NCBI GenBank assembly: GCA_051652765.1
Contig: JBOFUV010000070.1
Span: 1 to 25,060 of the forward strand
Direction: 5' to 3'
DNA from: Microcoleaceae cyanobacterium
GTDB taxonomy: Bacteria; Cyanobacteriota; Cyanobacteriia; Cyanobacteriales; Microcoleaceae
DNA length: 25,060 nucleotides
The notes beneath the pieces are model-generated. The model had not been told where the DNA came from. It saw only the letters and a program-made list of their open reading frames with translations, and made no database searches. A program made the translations under genes and the position numbers. Shown one piece after another: positions 17,054 to 25,060 of this stretch; positions within the stretch are counted from its first letter, which is position 1, and every line of letters begins with the position of its first letter.

Positions 17054-17341
17054 ATGGCTCATAAAAAAGGAACGGGAAGTACTCGCAACGGTCGCGATTC
17101 TAACGCTCAACGCCTAGGAGTGAAGCGCTATGGTGGTCAGTTGGTACGGGCTGGCAATATTCTAGTCCGTCAACGGGGTTGCACATTCCACCCCGGTAAT
17201 AATGTCGGGTTGGGGGGAGACTACACTTTATTTGCAAAAATTGACGGAATTGTCACCTTTGAACGGAAAGGGAAGAGCCAGAAAAAGGTTAGTGTCTACC
17301 CTAATCCAGTGGTTGAGTCTGTTACAGCAGAAGCAGCTTGA
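17054..17341 (+). CDS. rpmA: 50S ribosomal protein L27
   Basis: [31 protein letters not shown]. Confidence 0.98.
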   Translation: MAHKKGTGSTRNGRDSNAQRLGVKRYGGQLVRAGNILVRQRGCTFHPGNNVGLGGDYTLFAKIDGIVTFERKGKSQKKVSVYPNPVVESVTAEAA

Positions 17342-17423
17342 GTTCTGGCTTGAAAAGTATCTAGAAAGTCTCTAGGTTGAACTTTCAGGCTTGAGGTTGA
17401 AGAGATCTTAAATTTAGGATTGA

Positions 17424-17461
17424 GAGGTCTGGAGTATCGTTGGCTTCAGACCTTGTTTTTT
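17424..17461 (+). terminator. Intrinsic terminator of rplU-rpmA
   Basis: GAGGTCTGGAGT/GCTTCAGACCTT stem followed by GTTTTTT. Confidence 0.7.
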
Positions 17462-17918
17462 ATACACCATCAATGTTTACGCTGTAGTGTTCTCAAGATT
17501 TCAGGATTGACTTGGGATCGCTACACACAGCCGTTTCTGTTCAGGTTTGATGGGAGCAATTCTCCTAACTCTCCCTGCTCTAACGAGAAGCCACTTCACA
17601 TCCAGAAAAGGGGAACTTGAGTGGCTGAGAGATCTTTCACTGATTCAAAAATTGCTGTAGAAACTGAGTATTAGCTTGGCACAGTAATTGAGGCTGTTAT
17701 CTAGTTCATTAAAAGTTCACTGAAGGAGCAAGCAAATGTCAATAAATCATCACAAAACCAGGATAGAGGTTGAGACAATAACCTTGTTTTTTTCAGAAAA
17801 AAAGTATACATTTCTGGGAAGAAATAACGATGTTTCCAGATATTAACGGGACGTAATTTGTGCAGCAAATAGAAGTTATTTGTCAGGCTTATATGATTTA
17901 CTCGGGGAGACTTAGCCC

Positions 17919-18401
17919 ATGATTTCATCAACTCAGGATTATCGCCACATTTTGTTTCGAGATGGACAGTCAAGTGTTGATTTAGAACAGTTGCAGTATC
18001 TATTCAAAGTTGCAGCATTTTGGGCTCAGGAACGCCACCGAGAAGACTTGGAGATTGCGATCACCAATAGTGATCCAGTCGTAACGGTTTGGGATGAAGA
18101 CCAAATGATTGGCTTTGCTCGTGGAACCTCTGATGGGATTTACCGGGCAACGATTTGGGATGTAGTGATTCACCCTGATTATCAAGGAGGAGGGCTAGGT
18201 CGAAAGCTGGTTCAGACAGTCCTCAGCCATCCTAAAATGAGTCGTGTGGAGCGCGTTTATCTGATGACAACTCGTCAACAGAAGTTCTATGAACGGATTG
18301 GATTTCAGTACAATTCCACGACAACCATGGTTTTGCACAATCAACCCCTTGACTCTGAATTTTCTAGCTTAGGCTCAGTCCCTTCAGAATGTCATTTTTA
18401 G
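17919..18401 (+). CDS. GNAT family N-acetyltransferase
   Basis: IWDVVIHPDYQGGGLGRKL acetyl-CoA binding motif; FYERIGF. Confidence 0.92.
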   Translation: MISSTQDYRHILFRDGQSSVDLEQLQYLFKVAAFWAQERHREDLEIAITNSDPVVTVWDEDQMIGFARGTSDGIYRATIWDVVIHPDYQGGGLGRKLVQTVLSHPKMSRVERVYLMTTRQQKFYERIGFQYNSTTTMVLHNQPLDSEFSSLGSVPSECHF

Positions 18402-18479
18402 CTCAATAATGTTTAGCCAAGTATTAGCTAAAGCATAGATGAATTGAGCAGTTGAGAGTGTGGTGGTACAAACCAGACT

Positions 18480-18509
18480 AAAAAGCCCCTGTTTTCTTTA
18501 ACAGGGGCT
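18480..18509 (-). terminator. Intrinsic terminator of the HNH gene
   Basis: AGCCCCTGTT/AACAGGGGCT 10-bp stem with a U-tract on the minus strand, directly after the stop codon. Confidence 0.8.
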
Positions 18510-19007
18510 CTAAAGACCAATCATATATTTTTGCCACTCTTTATTCATTCCGCTTTTGACATGTTTGGTCACTTCGAAGTAAAGGCTACTGTAGGGTTTG
18601 CGAGGTGTGCTGCGGAGTAACATGTTCGCCTCTTTGGGTGTGCGGCTCCCTTTCCTAACGTTGCAGCGAACACAGGCAGTGGCCAGATTCTCCCAAGTTT
18701 CCCCTCCTCCTCGTGATCGCGGAACAACATGGTCTAGGGTCAAATCGTCACCTGCATAGCCACAGTATTGACAGGAATGACCGTCTCGGTGCAATATATT
18801 TCTTCGGGTTAGGGGAATTTCCTTGTAAGGAACAGGCACATAATGGCGCAGCCGAATCACAGTTGGTAAGGGAAAATCCGGTAGGAGGTATTTTCCATTA
18901 TGTTCAACTTGCTCTGCCTTTTGCTTGAGTAACAAAACAACCGCCCTCCGCCAGCTCGTAATGTTCAGAGGCTCGTAAGAGGCGTTCAAAACCAGAACGT
19001 TGCCCAT
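18510..19007 (-). CDS. HNH endonuclease family protein (conserved VLVLNASYEPL type)
   Basis: RDGHSCQYCG, TLDHVVPRSRGG, WENLATACVRCNVRKG; ATG 19007 preferred over 19022. Confidence 0.92.
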   Translation of the reverse strand: MGNVLVLNASYEPLNITSWRRAVVLLLKQKAEQVEHNGKYLLPDFPLPTVIRLRHYVPVPYKEIPLTRRNILHRDGHSCQYCGYAGDDLTLDHVVPRSRGGGETWENLATACVRCNVRKGSRTPKEANMLLRSTPRKPYSSLYFEVTKHVKSGMNKEWQKYMIGL

Positions 19008-19281
19008 TGACAATTTCCGCATAATAGTTTTAACCCATATTATTACAGCTTATCGTGTTCTGGGGTCAGGGAGACCTCTGATCTCAAGGCAACTGCATAA
19101 AAAATGCGATCGCGTGGGTTAGGGTAAGGTCATAAGAGATGCCCAGTGAGTCAGAGAATCGATACTAGCCTGACCCATTTGGAGAAAGCTGTTCAAACGC
19201 TTGAGATGTGGGTATTGTATTGACATCTGGATAACCCCAGAGATCAAAAGCCGTTGAAACCGATAGGGTCATTTGACATAA

Positions 19282-20301
19282 ATGAGAATTGCTGATGTTC
19301 CTGCACGGGTTTATCTACTCACTGCTGTAACAATTTTTGGAGCAGCAAATGCGGTCACTCGCCAACTCACTGATCTCGGCGCAGAAAATTTGGTCGATGG
19401 CAGAAATCCCATTTCATTCTGCAATGTTCTGTTTGTGGGAAATGTTTGGGCGCTCATCATCCTGATATCAATCTATTGGAAGGACTGGAACCCTCAAACG
19501 TTACGACAACTTTCAAATCGGGACTGGCTAAGTCTGACGGTTGTGGCTTTGCTTTCTGGGGCATTGGCTCCGGCGCTTGTGTTCTCAGCCCTGGAACGCA
19601 CAACTGTGAATAATGTGGTTTTAGTCGGTCGCATCGAACCGCCTCTGGCATTAGCATTGGCGATTTTTTTTCTCAACGCGAGGGTCAATGGGTGGGTGAT
19701 TGTTGGAGCGATGCTTTCCTTGATTGGGGTAGGGTTAACGCTATTGATTTCTAAACCCCAAGAGTCAATGATCCAAATGGTAGGATTTCAAATTGGTCTT
19801 GGAGAAGCGGGGGCGATTGGGGGTGCAGTAGCAGGGGCGATCGCAGCAGTGATCAGCAAAGTCAGTTTACAAAACGTTCCCTTAGGAATTTTCAGTGTCT
19901 ATCGAACGCTCATGGGAACAGTCATTTTCTGTATAGTGGTGCTCAAACTGTTTGGTTGGAGTCACTTCACTGATGTGTTCTCTCCCTTCGTTTGGCAGTG
20001 GATGTTGCTTTACAGTTTGGTCATTGTCTTTGGAGGACAGTTGGCTTGGTTCATCGGATTGAAGCGATCAGAAGCTTCAGAAGTTTCCTTGGCAAATTCC
20101 TTCACTCCCATTGCTGGAATTCTAGCGGCTTATTTCATTCTGGGAGAAGTCCCAACCTCTGCCCAATATTGGGGCGGTGCAGTGATTTTAGTTGGCATTA
20201 TCTTGAATCAAATTGGCGTTTCCCGCCTTCCTCAGAAACCAATAGTCTCTAAAGGTTCTGCTGAAGGAATGGATGGTTCAGTTGGGTTTAAAGGGGTTTA
20301 A
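19282..20301 (+). CDS. DMT/EamA family transporter
   Basis: About 10 hydrophobic helices in two EamA-like halves; AYFILGEVPT..QYWGGAVIL motif. Confidence 0.9.
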   Translation: MRIADVPARVYLLTAVTIFGAANAVTRQLTDLGAENLVDGRNPISFCNVLFVGNVWALIILISIYWKDWNPQTLRQLSNRDWLSLTVVALLSGALAPALVFSALERTTVNNVVLVGRIEPPLALALAIFFLNARVNGWVIVGAMLSLIGVGLTLLISKPQESMIQMVGFQIGLGEAGAIGGAVAGAIAAVISKVSLQNVPLGIFSVYRTLMGTVIFCIVVLKLFGWSHFTDVFSPFVWQWMLLYSLVIVFGGQLAWFIGLKRSEASEVSLANSFTPIAGILAAYFILGEVPTSAQYWGGAVILVGIILNQIGVSRLPQKPIVSKGSAEGMDGSVGFKGV

Positions 20302-20350
20302 CTTGATTTGGCTCTATTCAGGCCCCAACCTAACCTACAACTAATTTTTT

Positions 20351-21643
20351 CTAATTTTCCCCAATTGCTTGACCTGCTAACCATCCTGTTGTCCAAGCAC
20401 TTTGGAAATTAAACCCACCTGTCACGCCATCGATATCTAAAATTTCTCCAGCAAAATAAAGACCAGGACAGCAACGACTTTCCATTGTTTTGAAATCAAC
20501 TTCTTTCAAATTGACTCCACCACAGCTCACAAATTCTTCCTTGAATACTCCTTTGCCTTGAATTTGATATTGACCCTGAGTCAGTTCTTGAATCAATTGA
20601 TTTAGTTGTTTATTGGAAACTTCTGCCCACCGTTTTTGTTCATCAATCCCAACAAATTGTGTGAGCTGTTTCCAAAGGCGACGGGGCAACAGCACCGGAC
20701 AACTAGCAACCACTGATCGCTGAGGCAACTGAGATTTAACCTTGGATAACTCTGTTCGTAGACTGTCAGGATTGTACTGGGGTAGCCAATTAATCACCAG
20801 TGAAGTGCGATAGTGACAGTCGTGCAAGAATCGAGCTGCCCAAGCCGATAACTTTAAAATTGCAGGGCCGCTCACTCCCCAGTGCGTCACCAATAACGGC
20901 CCAGTTTGTTCTAGCTTGATTTCAGGTAACTTAATCCGCACATGGGGAACCGAAACTCCCGCCAATTCTTGCAGCCGTTCATCTGAAATATTAAAGGTAA
21001 ATAATGAAGGAACTGGCGGAATCACCTCATGGCCGAATGTCTTTGCCCAGCGATACCCTAAAGGATTACTCCCTGTCGCCAGAAGAACGCGATCGCCCCT
21101 CAAGATTTTTCCTGACTTTAAGACAACTTCAAAGCATTTATCTAGCTTATTTTGCTCTAAATCATATTGATCTAACTCATGTTGATCTAATGCTTGTGGT
21201 CTTAAATTCTGCCTTGAACTTTGTCTTAGATTAACAACGATTGCTCCCGTGATAATTTCTACTCCAGAGGATTTTGCTGCATGAATTAAACAATCCACAA
21301 TTGTGGCAGAATCATCAGTAATGGGGAACATGCGGCCATCTGATTCTGTTTTTAATTGAACTCCCTGTTGACCAAACCAATCGACCGTATTTTGAGCCTG
21401 AAATCGACTCAATGCACCTCGCAATTCCTTTGAACCTCTGGGATAATTTCGCACAAATTGGGCGGGTTCAAAACAGGCATGGGTGACATTACATCGTCCG
21501 CCTCCAGAAATCCGAACTTTGGCTAAGGGCTGTTGTCCTGCTTCTAGTAAAATCACTCGAGTTTGCGGAGCAGTTCTGGCACAGGCGATCGCGCCAAAAA
21601 AACCTGCAGCACCCCCTCCAATCACAATAACATTGAGTCCCAT
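20351..21643 (-). CDS. HI0933/YhiN(BaiN)-family NAD(P)/FAD-dependent oxidoreductase
   Basis: GGGAAG, KVRISGGGRCNVT, GRMFP and GEILDIDGVTGGFNFQSAW motifs; ATG 21643 preferred. Confidence 0.93.
   Translation of the reverse strand: MGLNVIVIGGGAAGFFGAIACARTAPQTRVILLEAGQQPLAKVRISGGGRCNVTHACFEPAQFVRNYPRGSKELRGALSRFQAQNTVDWFGQQGVQLKTESDGRMFPITDDSATIVDCLIHAAKSSGVEIITGAIVVNLRQSSRQNLRPQALDQHELDQYDLEQNKLDKCFEVVLKSGKILRGDRVLLATGSNPLGYRWAKTFGHEVIPPVPSLFTFNISDERLQELAGVSVPHVRIKLPEIKLEQTGPLLVTHWGVSGPAILKLSAWAARFLHDCHYRTSLVINWLPQYNPDSLRTELSKVKSQLPQRSVVASCPVLLPRRLWKQLTQFVGIDEQKRWAEVSNKQLNQLIQELTQGQYQIQGKGVFKEEFVSCGGVNLKEVDFKTMESRCCPGLYFAGEILDIDGVTGGFNFQSAWTTGWLAGQAIGEN
21131..21190. repeat. 15-bp tandem repeat inside the flavoprotein gene (LDQHE LDQYD LEQNK LDKCF)
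   Basis: Four degenerate copies at 21131, 21146, 21161 and 21176. Confidence 0.8.
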
Positions 21644-21647
21644 TAGT

Positions 21648-24269
21648 TTATAACCAGTTTCCAACTAAGACAAAAGCCGACCAAAAATAAGGGTGGCTAA
21701 ATTCTTTTTCTTGAAGTAATTGTTGTTGAGCATAGCGTAAAGCTTCTGACTTAGTTGTCCCTACTTTGTTAAGTTCTTGGTAGAAATTGCTCATTAATAA
21801 TGCAGTGGATTGATCATCAACAGACCATAAACTTGCGATGGTACTGCGTGCCCCTGCTCGGACTGCCATTCCTGCTAATCCCAATCCAGCTCGATTATCC
21901 CCAGAGGCAGTTTGACAGGCACTAAGAATAATCAGTTCAATGGGATTGATTTGTTTGGAATCAGCACTCAATAAACGACGTAATTCTTCAATATTAATCC
22001 GTTCATCCCAAGTTAGAACAAAAGTATTCTCGGCATTGGAGCTGAACTCTCCATGGGTCGCAAGGTGAATAATCGTATAAGGATTTTGGGCAATGGCTGA
22101 ATTCACTTGTAGCTCAGTAAAAGTTTCATTCAATAATGTTTTTGTCCGACCCACTTGACGACGAATTTGTTCTAATTCCTCTTCTACTGCAGGCAGAGGA
22201 GGAAATCCCTGCCGACCAACACTCAGTCCTCCTCCCAGAACATTAATTTTTTGCTTGTTTTGAGCAGAAGATAAATCAGTTAACTGTAAGCCGGGAGCGA
22301 TCGCAACTCCATATTTTTCGACCAAGTAATTTTCACCATCATACAAACTAGCAACCGGAATACTTCGCATTTTACCGTCTAAAATAAAGACTAAAGTTTG
22401 GATTTTACTCATCTGGAGTCCATTCTCGACGGGACGAACTAGCCAGTCATAGATCCGTTGAGAAGGCTCTAGAAAGTTTTCAATAAAGACTCGTTTTCTA
22501 GGAACAGTGATTGCCTCTTGTAGTTCTTGTAATTGCCCTTCAATTTCAGTTTGAGACAGATTAATCCGATGATGAATGAGAGATTGATTAGGTAGGGTAA
22601 CAATTACTTCTAGACGGTCAGGCAACAGAATAGTATAAAAAATTGCTGCTTTAGCATCAATGTTTTCAACGTTAACAGGTTTGACATCTAAACAAGCATC
22701 TCGAAAGAAATTATCTAATTCAGCAACTTGTAATGATTCCAACACATTCCTAGCTTGTTTCAAGTTTTCTTGACTCGGTTCTCCCTCTAGCAAGAGACCC
22801 GCCAGCTCTCGATATACAGGTTCAACTTGTGCTCGAAAATCAAACTGAATATCTGAACCAATCGCCACAATATCACTTCGTAAGGATTGCAAACTTGCCA
22901 TAGCTTGAGTGTAGGCAGAAATAGCGATTGTGCGATTGTTTCTCCTATTTAAAACTCGTCCGAGTTGCCACTGCCATCGATAGGCAATATCAGTAGCATT
23001 GATTTCTTGAGCTAAAATAAGTGCTTTTTCTGTTAGCTGTTGTGCCTCACTAAACTGTTGGTTGTGTTCATATAAATTTCCCAAAAGCCCTAACCCATAA
23101 GCTTGATTGCGCTTATCTCCCAAGATTTTTGCCATTTGAATTGCATCAGTTAGATAATCCGCAATCTGAATTGCCAAAATTCTGGGGTGTTCGGTAGTGT
23201 GTTCAGTGGTGGGATTAATTTTACTTAAATTAATTAAGCTTTGGGCTAGGTTAATCTGTCCCTGAACTTTAACTGAAGATGCAGAAAGTTGCTTCAGCAA
23301 AAACTCAATTTCCGAGAGCAGATCAAGTGCTGTATTCACTTGCTGTTGGTCTACTAATATACTCAGTTGATTCAGGTGAGCTTGAAGTTTTAACTCGGGT
23401 GAACTTGAGATTTGAAATGCCATTTGATAAAAGTTGACTGCTGGTTCAAACTGTTTTGCTAATCTTGCCGTATTCCCCAGACTAATTAAACTAATGGCCG
23501 TTTGTTCGGTGTCTTGAAACTGTTTAGCCAAAGCCAAACTTTTCTCTAGAGCAGTCTGGGAAGTCTCTAAACGTCCGACCTCCCGCAACACATCTCCTAA
23601 ACTTTGTAGGGCTTTTGCCTTGAGCAGAGAATCAGATTGCTGACTTAACTGTTGTTCAGCCGCAACCAATTTTTTCAAGGATTGGGAATATAATCCTAGA
23701 CTTTGTAGGGCTTGGGCTTGGTTGATTTGACTCCGAATCCATCCCGTCCAATTATCAGTTTTTTGGTGAATTTCTCCGGCTATTTTCCAGGTTTCCAAGG
23801 CTTGTTCAGGATAACTGGTGAGTAACTGCAGTTGACCTTGAGCATCTAGAGTTGAAGCTTGAAGCTGTTGAATTGTTTCAGCGTTTGGTTGTTCTTTTAG
23901 TAACTCTTTTAACGCTGTTAAGGAATTTGAAATTGCTAGTTGTGCCTGTTGCCAATTTTGGGATTTCAAATGAACCAACCCCAGATTTCTCAAGGCTCTA
24001 GCCATTCCTAGGCGATCGCCCCGATCGGCATAGGTTGCAATGGCTCGTTCTAACAATAACGCACTTTCAGTAAAATTCCCTTGTTCATAAAACTGTTGAG
24101 CTTGGGTTTCTAAGGTATTTTGAGTGATATTCTGGGTAATAGTGCAAGGTTGGTTGTGCTTGAATTGGGAAGTTCCCACTCTACATTCAGGGCTAGATTC
24201 AATCGCTTGGATGGAGAAGTCAGGAACAAAAGCAATCGTTAATCCAATCAATCCTAGGATGATTTTCAC
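21648..24269 (-). CDS. TPR-containing CHAT domain (caspase-HetF-like) protein, probably exported
   Basis: Signal-like N-terminus, TPR-like helices, IHLATHGEF and LSACQTA catalytic His/Cys motifs, HPYFWSAFVLVGNWL terminus. Confidence 0.93.
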   Translation of the reverse strand: MKIILGLIGLTIAFVPDFSIQAIESSPECRVGTSQFKHNQPCTITQNITQNTLETQAQQFYEQGNFTESALLLERAIATYADRGDRLGMARALRNLGLVHLKSQNWQQAQLAISNSLTALKELLKEQPNAETIQQLQASTLDAQGQLQLLTSYPEQALETWKIAGEIHQKTDNWTGWIRSQINQAQALQSLGLYSQSLKKLVAAEQQLSQQSDSLLKAKALQSLGDVLREVGRLETSQTALEKSLALAKQFQDTEQTAISLISLGNTARLAKQFEPAVNFYQMAFQISSSPELKLQAHLNQLSILVDQQQVNTALDLLSEIEFLLKQLSASSVKVQGQINLAQSLINLSKINPTTEHTTEHPRILAIQIADYLTDAIQMAKILGDKRNQAYGLGLLGNLYEHNQQFSEAQQLTEKALILAQEINATDIAYRWQWQLGRVLNRRNNRTIAISAYTQAMASLQSLRSDIVAIGSDIQFDFRAQVEPVYRELAGLLLEGEPSQENLKQARNVLESLQVAELDNFFRDACLDVKPVNVENIDAKAAIFYTILLPDRLEVIVTLPNQSLIHHRINLSQTEIEGQLQELQEAITVPRKRVFIENFLEPSQRIYDWLVRPVENGLQMSKIQTLVFILDGKMRSIPVASLYDGENYLVEKYGVAIAPGLQLTDLSSAQNKQKINVLGGGLSVGRQGFPPLPAVEEELEQIRRQVGRTKTLLNETFTELQVNSAIAQNPYTIIHLATHGEFSSNAENTFVLTWDERINIEELRRLLSADSKQINPIELIILSACQTASGDNRAGLGLAGMAVRAGARSTIASLWSVDDQSTALLMSNFYQELNKVGTTKSEALRYAQQQLLQEKEFSHPYFWSAFVLVGNWL

Positions 24270-24305
24270 AGAAGTTCTATAGTTAACTTAAGTTTCTAAT
24301 TTAAA

Positions 24306-24416
24306 CAGGACTTACGCACTTGCCCCTTAAATCCCCCAATCCTGGAGGACTTTGAGCTTGATTCCCCCCAAACTTGGGGGCAGGAGGCCAAAGAATGCTT
24401 AACTGCGTAAGTCCTA
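24306..24416. mobile_element. About 110-bp MITE with 12-bp terminal inverted repeats
   Basis: AGGACTTACGCA (24307-24318) and TGCGTAAGTCCT (24404-24415); flanking direct repeat TTAAA(C) at 24301 and 24417; GC-rich core homologous to that of the 2059-2201 element. Confidence 0.85.
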
Positions 24417-24434
24417 TTAAACTTGGAATTGCTC

Positions 24435-25060
24435 TCAAAAAGAGAGTCGATAATGAATCGAAAAATAGATACCTTGCTCTTGAAGAGTATTCCCTGTATC
24501 TGGCAAGTCAATCAGAGGGATGCCCCAATCGAGTTGAGCTGTAAAATTTTCACTCACCAACAATTTTAACCCCAGTCCAACGGCAGCAAGGGTATTTTTG
24601 TCTAACTGAGTCTCTTCCAGATCGCCGCTGTTCCAGATGGTTCCCCAGTCTACAAACGGGGTCAGTTTTAACATCATGTCCCACTCAGGAATTCGCAGGA
24701 TGGGAACTTCAACTTCAGCCGAGAGAAACAGACCATTATCCCCGAGGAGCGCGTCCTGACGATACCCCCGAACACTATAAACGCCACCCAAGCTGAACTG
24801 TTCCTGGGCTAACAACGCACTATCCGCCAATTGCATATCTGACCGGAGGATGAGAAACGTATCAGCCGCGAATAATCGTAAATATTGAGCCTGTCCTCGC
24901 CAACCTAAAAACTGGCTGTCCGGCAGATCACTGTTAACCGTGGCATCAAATGCCCCTAGCCCCAGGGAAAATTGCGATCGCGCAGCAAATACGGATTGAG
25001 TGCTACGAGTTGTATACTCCTGAAAAAATCGCAAGGCTGTAATGCGAGTTTTGCCATCAT
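24435..25060 (-). CDS. ShlB/FhaC/HecB (TpsB, Omp85 superfamily) outer-membrane transporter, 3' part
   Basis: EQFSLGGVYSVRGY motif, FVDWG, LDWGIPL and terminal Phe; the frame stays open to the window end (DGKTRITALRFFQ...). Confidence 0.92.
   Translation of the reverse strand, partial: DGKTRITALRFFQEYTTRSTQSVFAARSQFSLGLGAFDATVNSDLPDSQFLGWRGQAQYLRLFAADTFLILRSDMQLADSALLAQEQFSLGGVYSVRGYRQDALLGDNGLFLSAEVEVPILRIPEWDMMLKLTPFVDWGTIWNSGDLEETQLDKNTLAAVGLGLKLLVSENFTAQLDWGIPLIDLPDTGNTLQEQGIYFSIHYRLSF

Larger units (their letters stand above)
2776..24981. repeat. HIP1 octamer GCGATCGC, dispersed
   Basis: Copies at 2776, 4144, 5966, 6976, 8533, 13956, 14274, 15471, 16229, 19106, 19837, 21089, 21585, 22297, 24012 and 24974. 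Confidence 0.9.

Noticed and set aside
17420..17973. ORFs 17420-17620 (+) and 17701-17973 (-), or an ncRNA in this gap
   Set aside because: The first spans the rpmA terminator, the second overlaps the GNAT start; only a modest hairpin near 17589-17626 and no recognisable RNA motif.
18510..19022. HNH gene as a defence or mobile nuclease system
   Set aside because: Matches the commonly conserved stand-alone HNH type with its own terminator; no methylase, array or partner genes.
1316..21234. Other short ORFs overlapping assigned genes (e.g. 1316-1672, 3090-3296, 5633-5893, 6895-7149, 8248-8478, 9632-9823, 10101-10337, 15329-15592, 16026-16259, 16567-16940, 18000-18185, 18713-18928, 19457-19688, 19992-20252, 20916-21234)
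   Set aside because: Antisense or out-of-frame shadows of well-supported genes with no recognisable motifs.
24296..24511. 71-aa minus-strand ORF
   Set aside because: Runs through the MITE and the 3' end of the TpsB gene; likely spurious.
1..25060. CRISPR array, tRNA or rRNA genes
   Set aside because: No repeat-spacer periodicity or recognisable structural RNA gene seen by eye.

Overview
Cyanobacterial chromosomal window (16 HIP1 GCGATCGC octamers found by eye; typical cyanobacterial genes). Most of it is housekeeping: cysH, solanesyl diphosphate synthase, a PfkB kinase, pedR, hisS, a DUF815-type AAA+ ATPase, TMEM14, ankyrin, rplU-rpmA, GNAT, HNH, a DMT transporter, an HI0933-family flavoprotein, a TPR-CHAT protein and a partial TpsB transporter. 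The most interesting part is a minus-strand cluster at about 10.1-13.6 kb. A 77-aa protein and a 427-aa protein share a 42-residue, Cys-bracketed, V/I/R/E-rich C-terminal module (32/42 identical). The large protein adds two tandem beta-rich, possibly LecA-like domains and a Gly/Pro linker. A membrane-anchored TPR gene lies between the two, and a thioredoxin with an aberrant WCSSS active site follows. This may be an undescribed co-assembling polymer or scaffold system (inference). Also present: two MITEs with different termini around a homologous GC-rich core, a frameshifted tnpB 5' relic next to a perfect 30-bp HIP1-centred palindrome, and a structured rplU leader. Family assignments come from motif recognition, not database searches.
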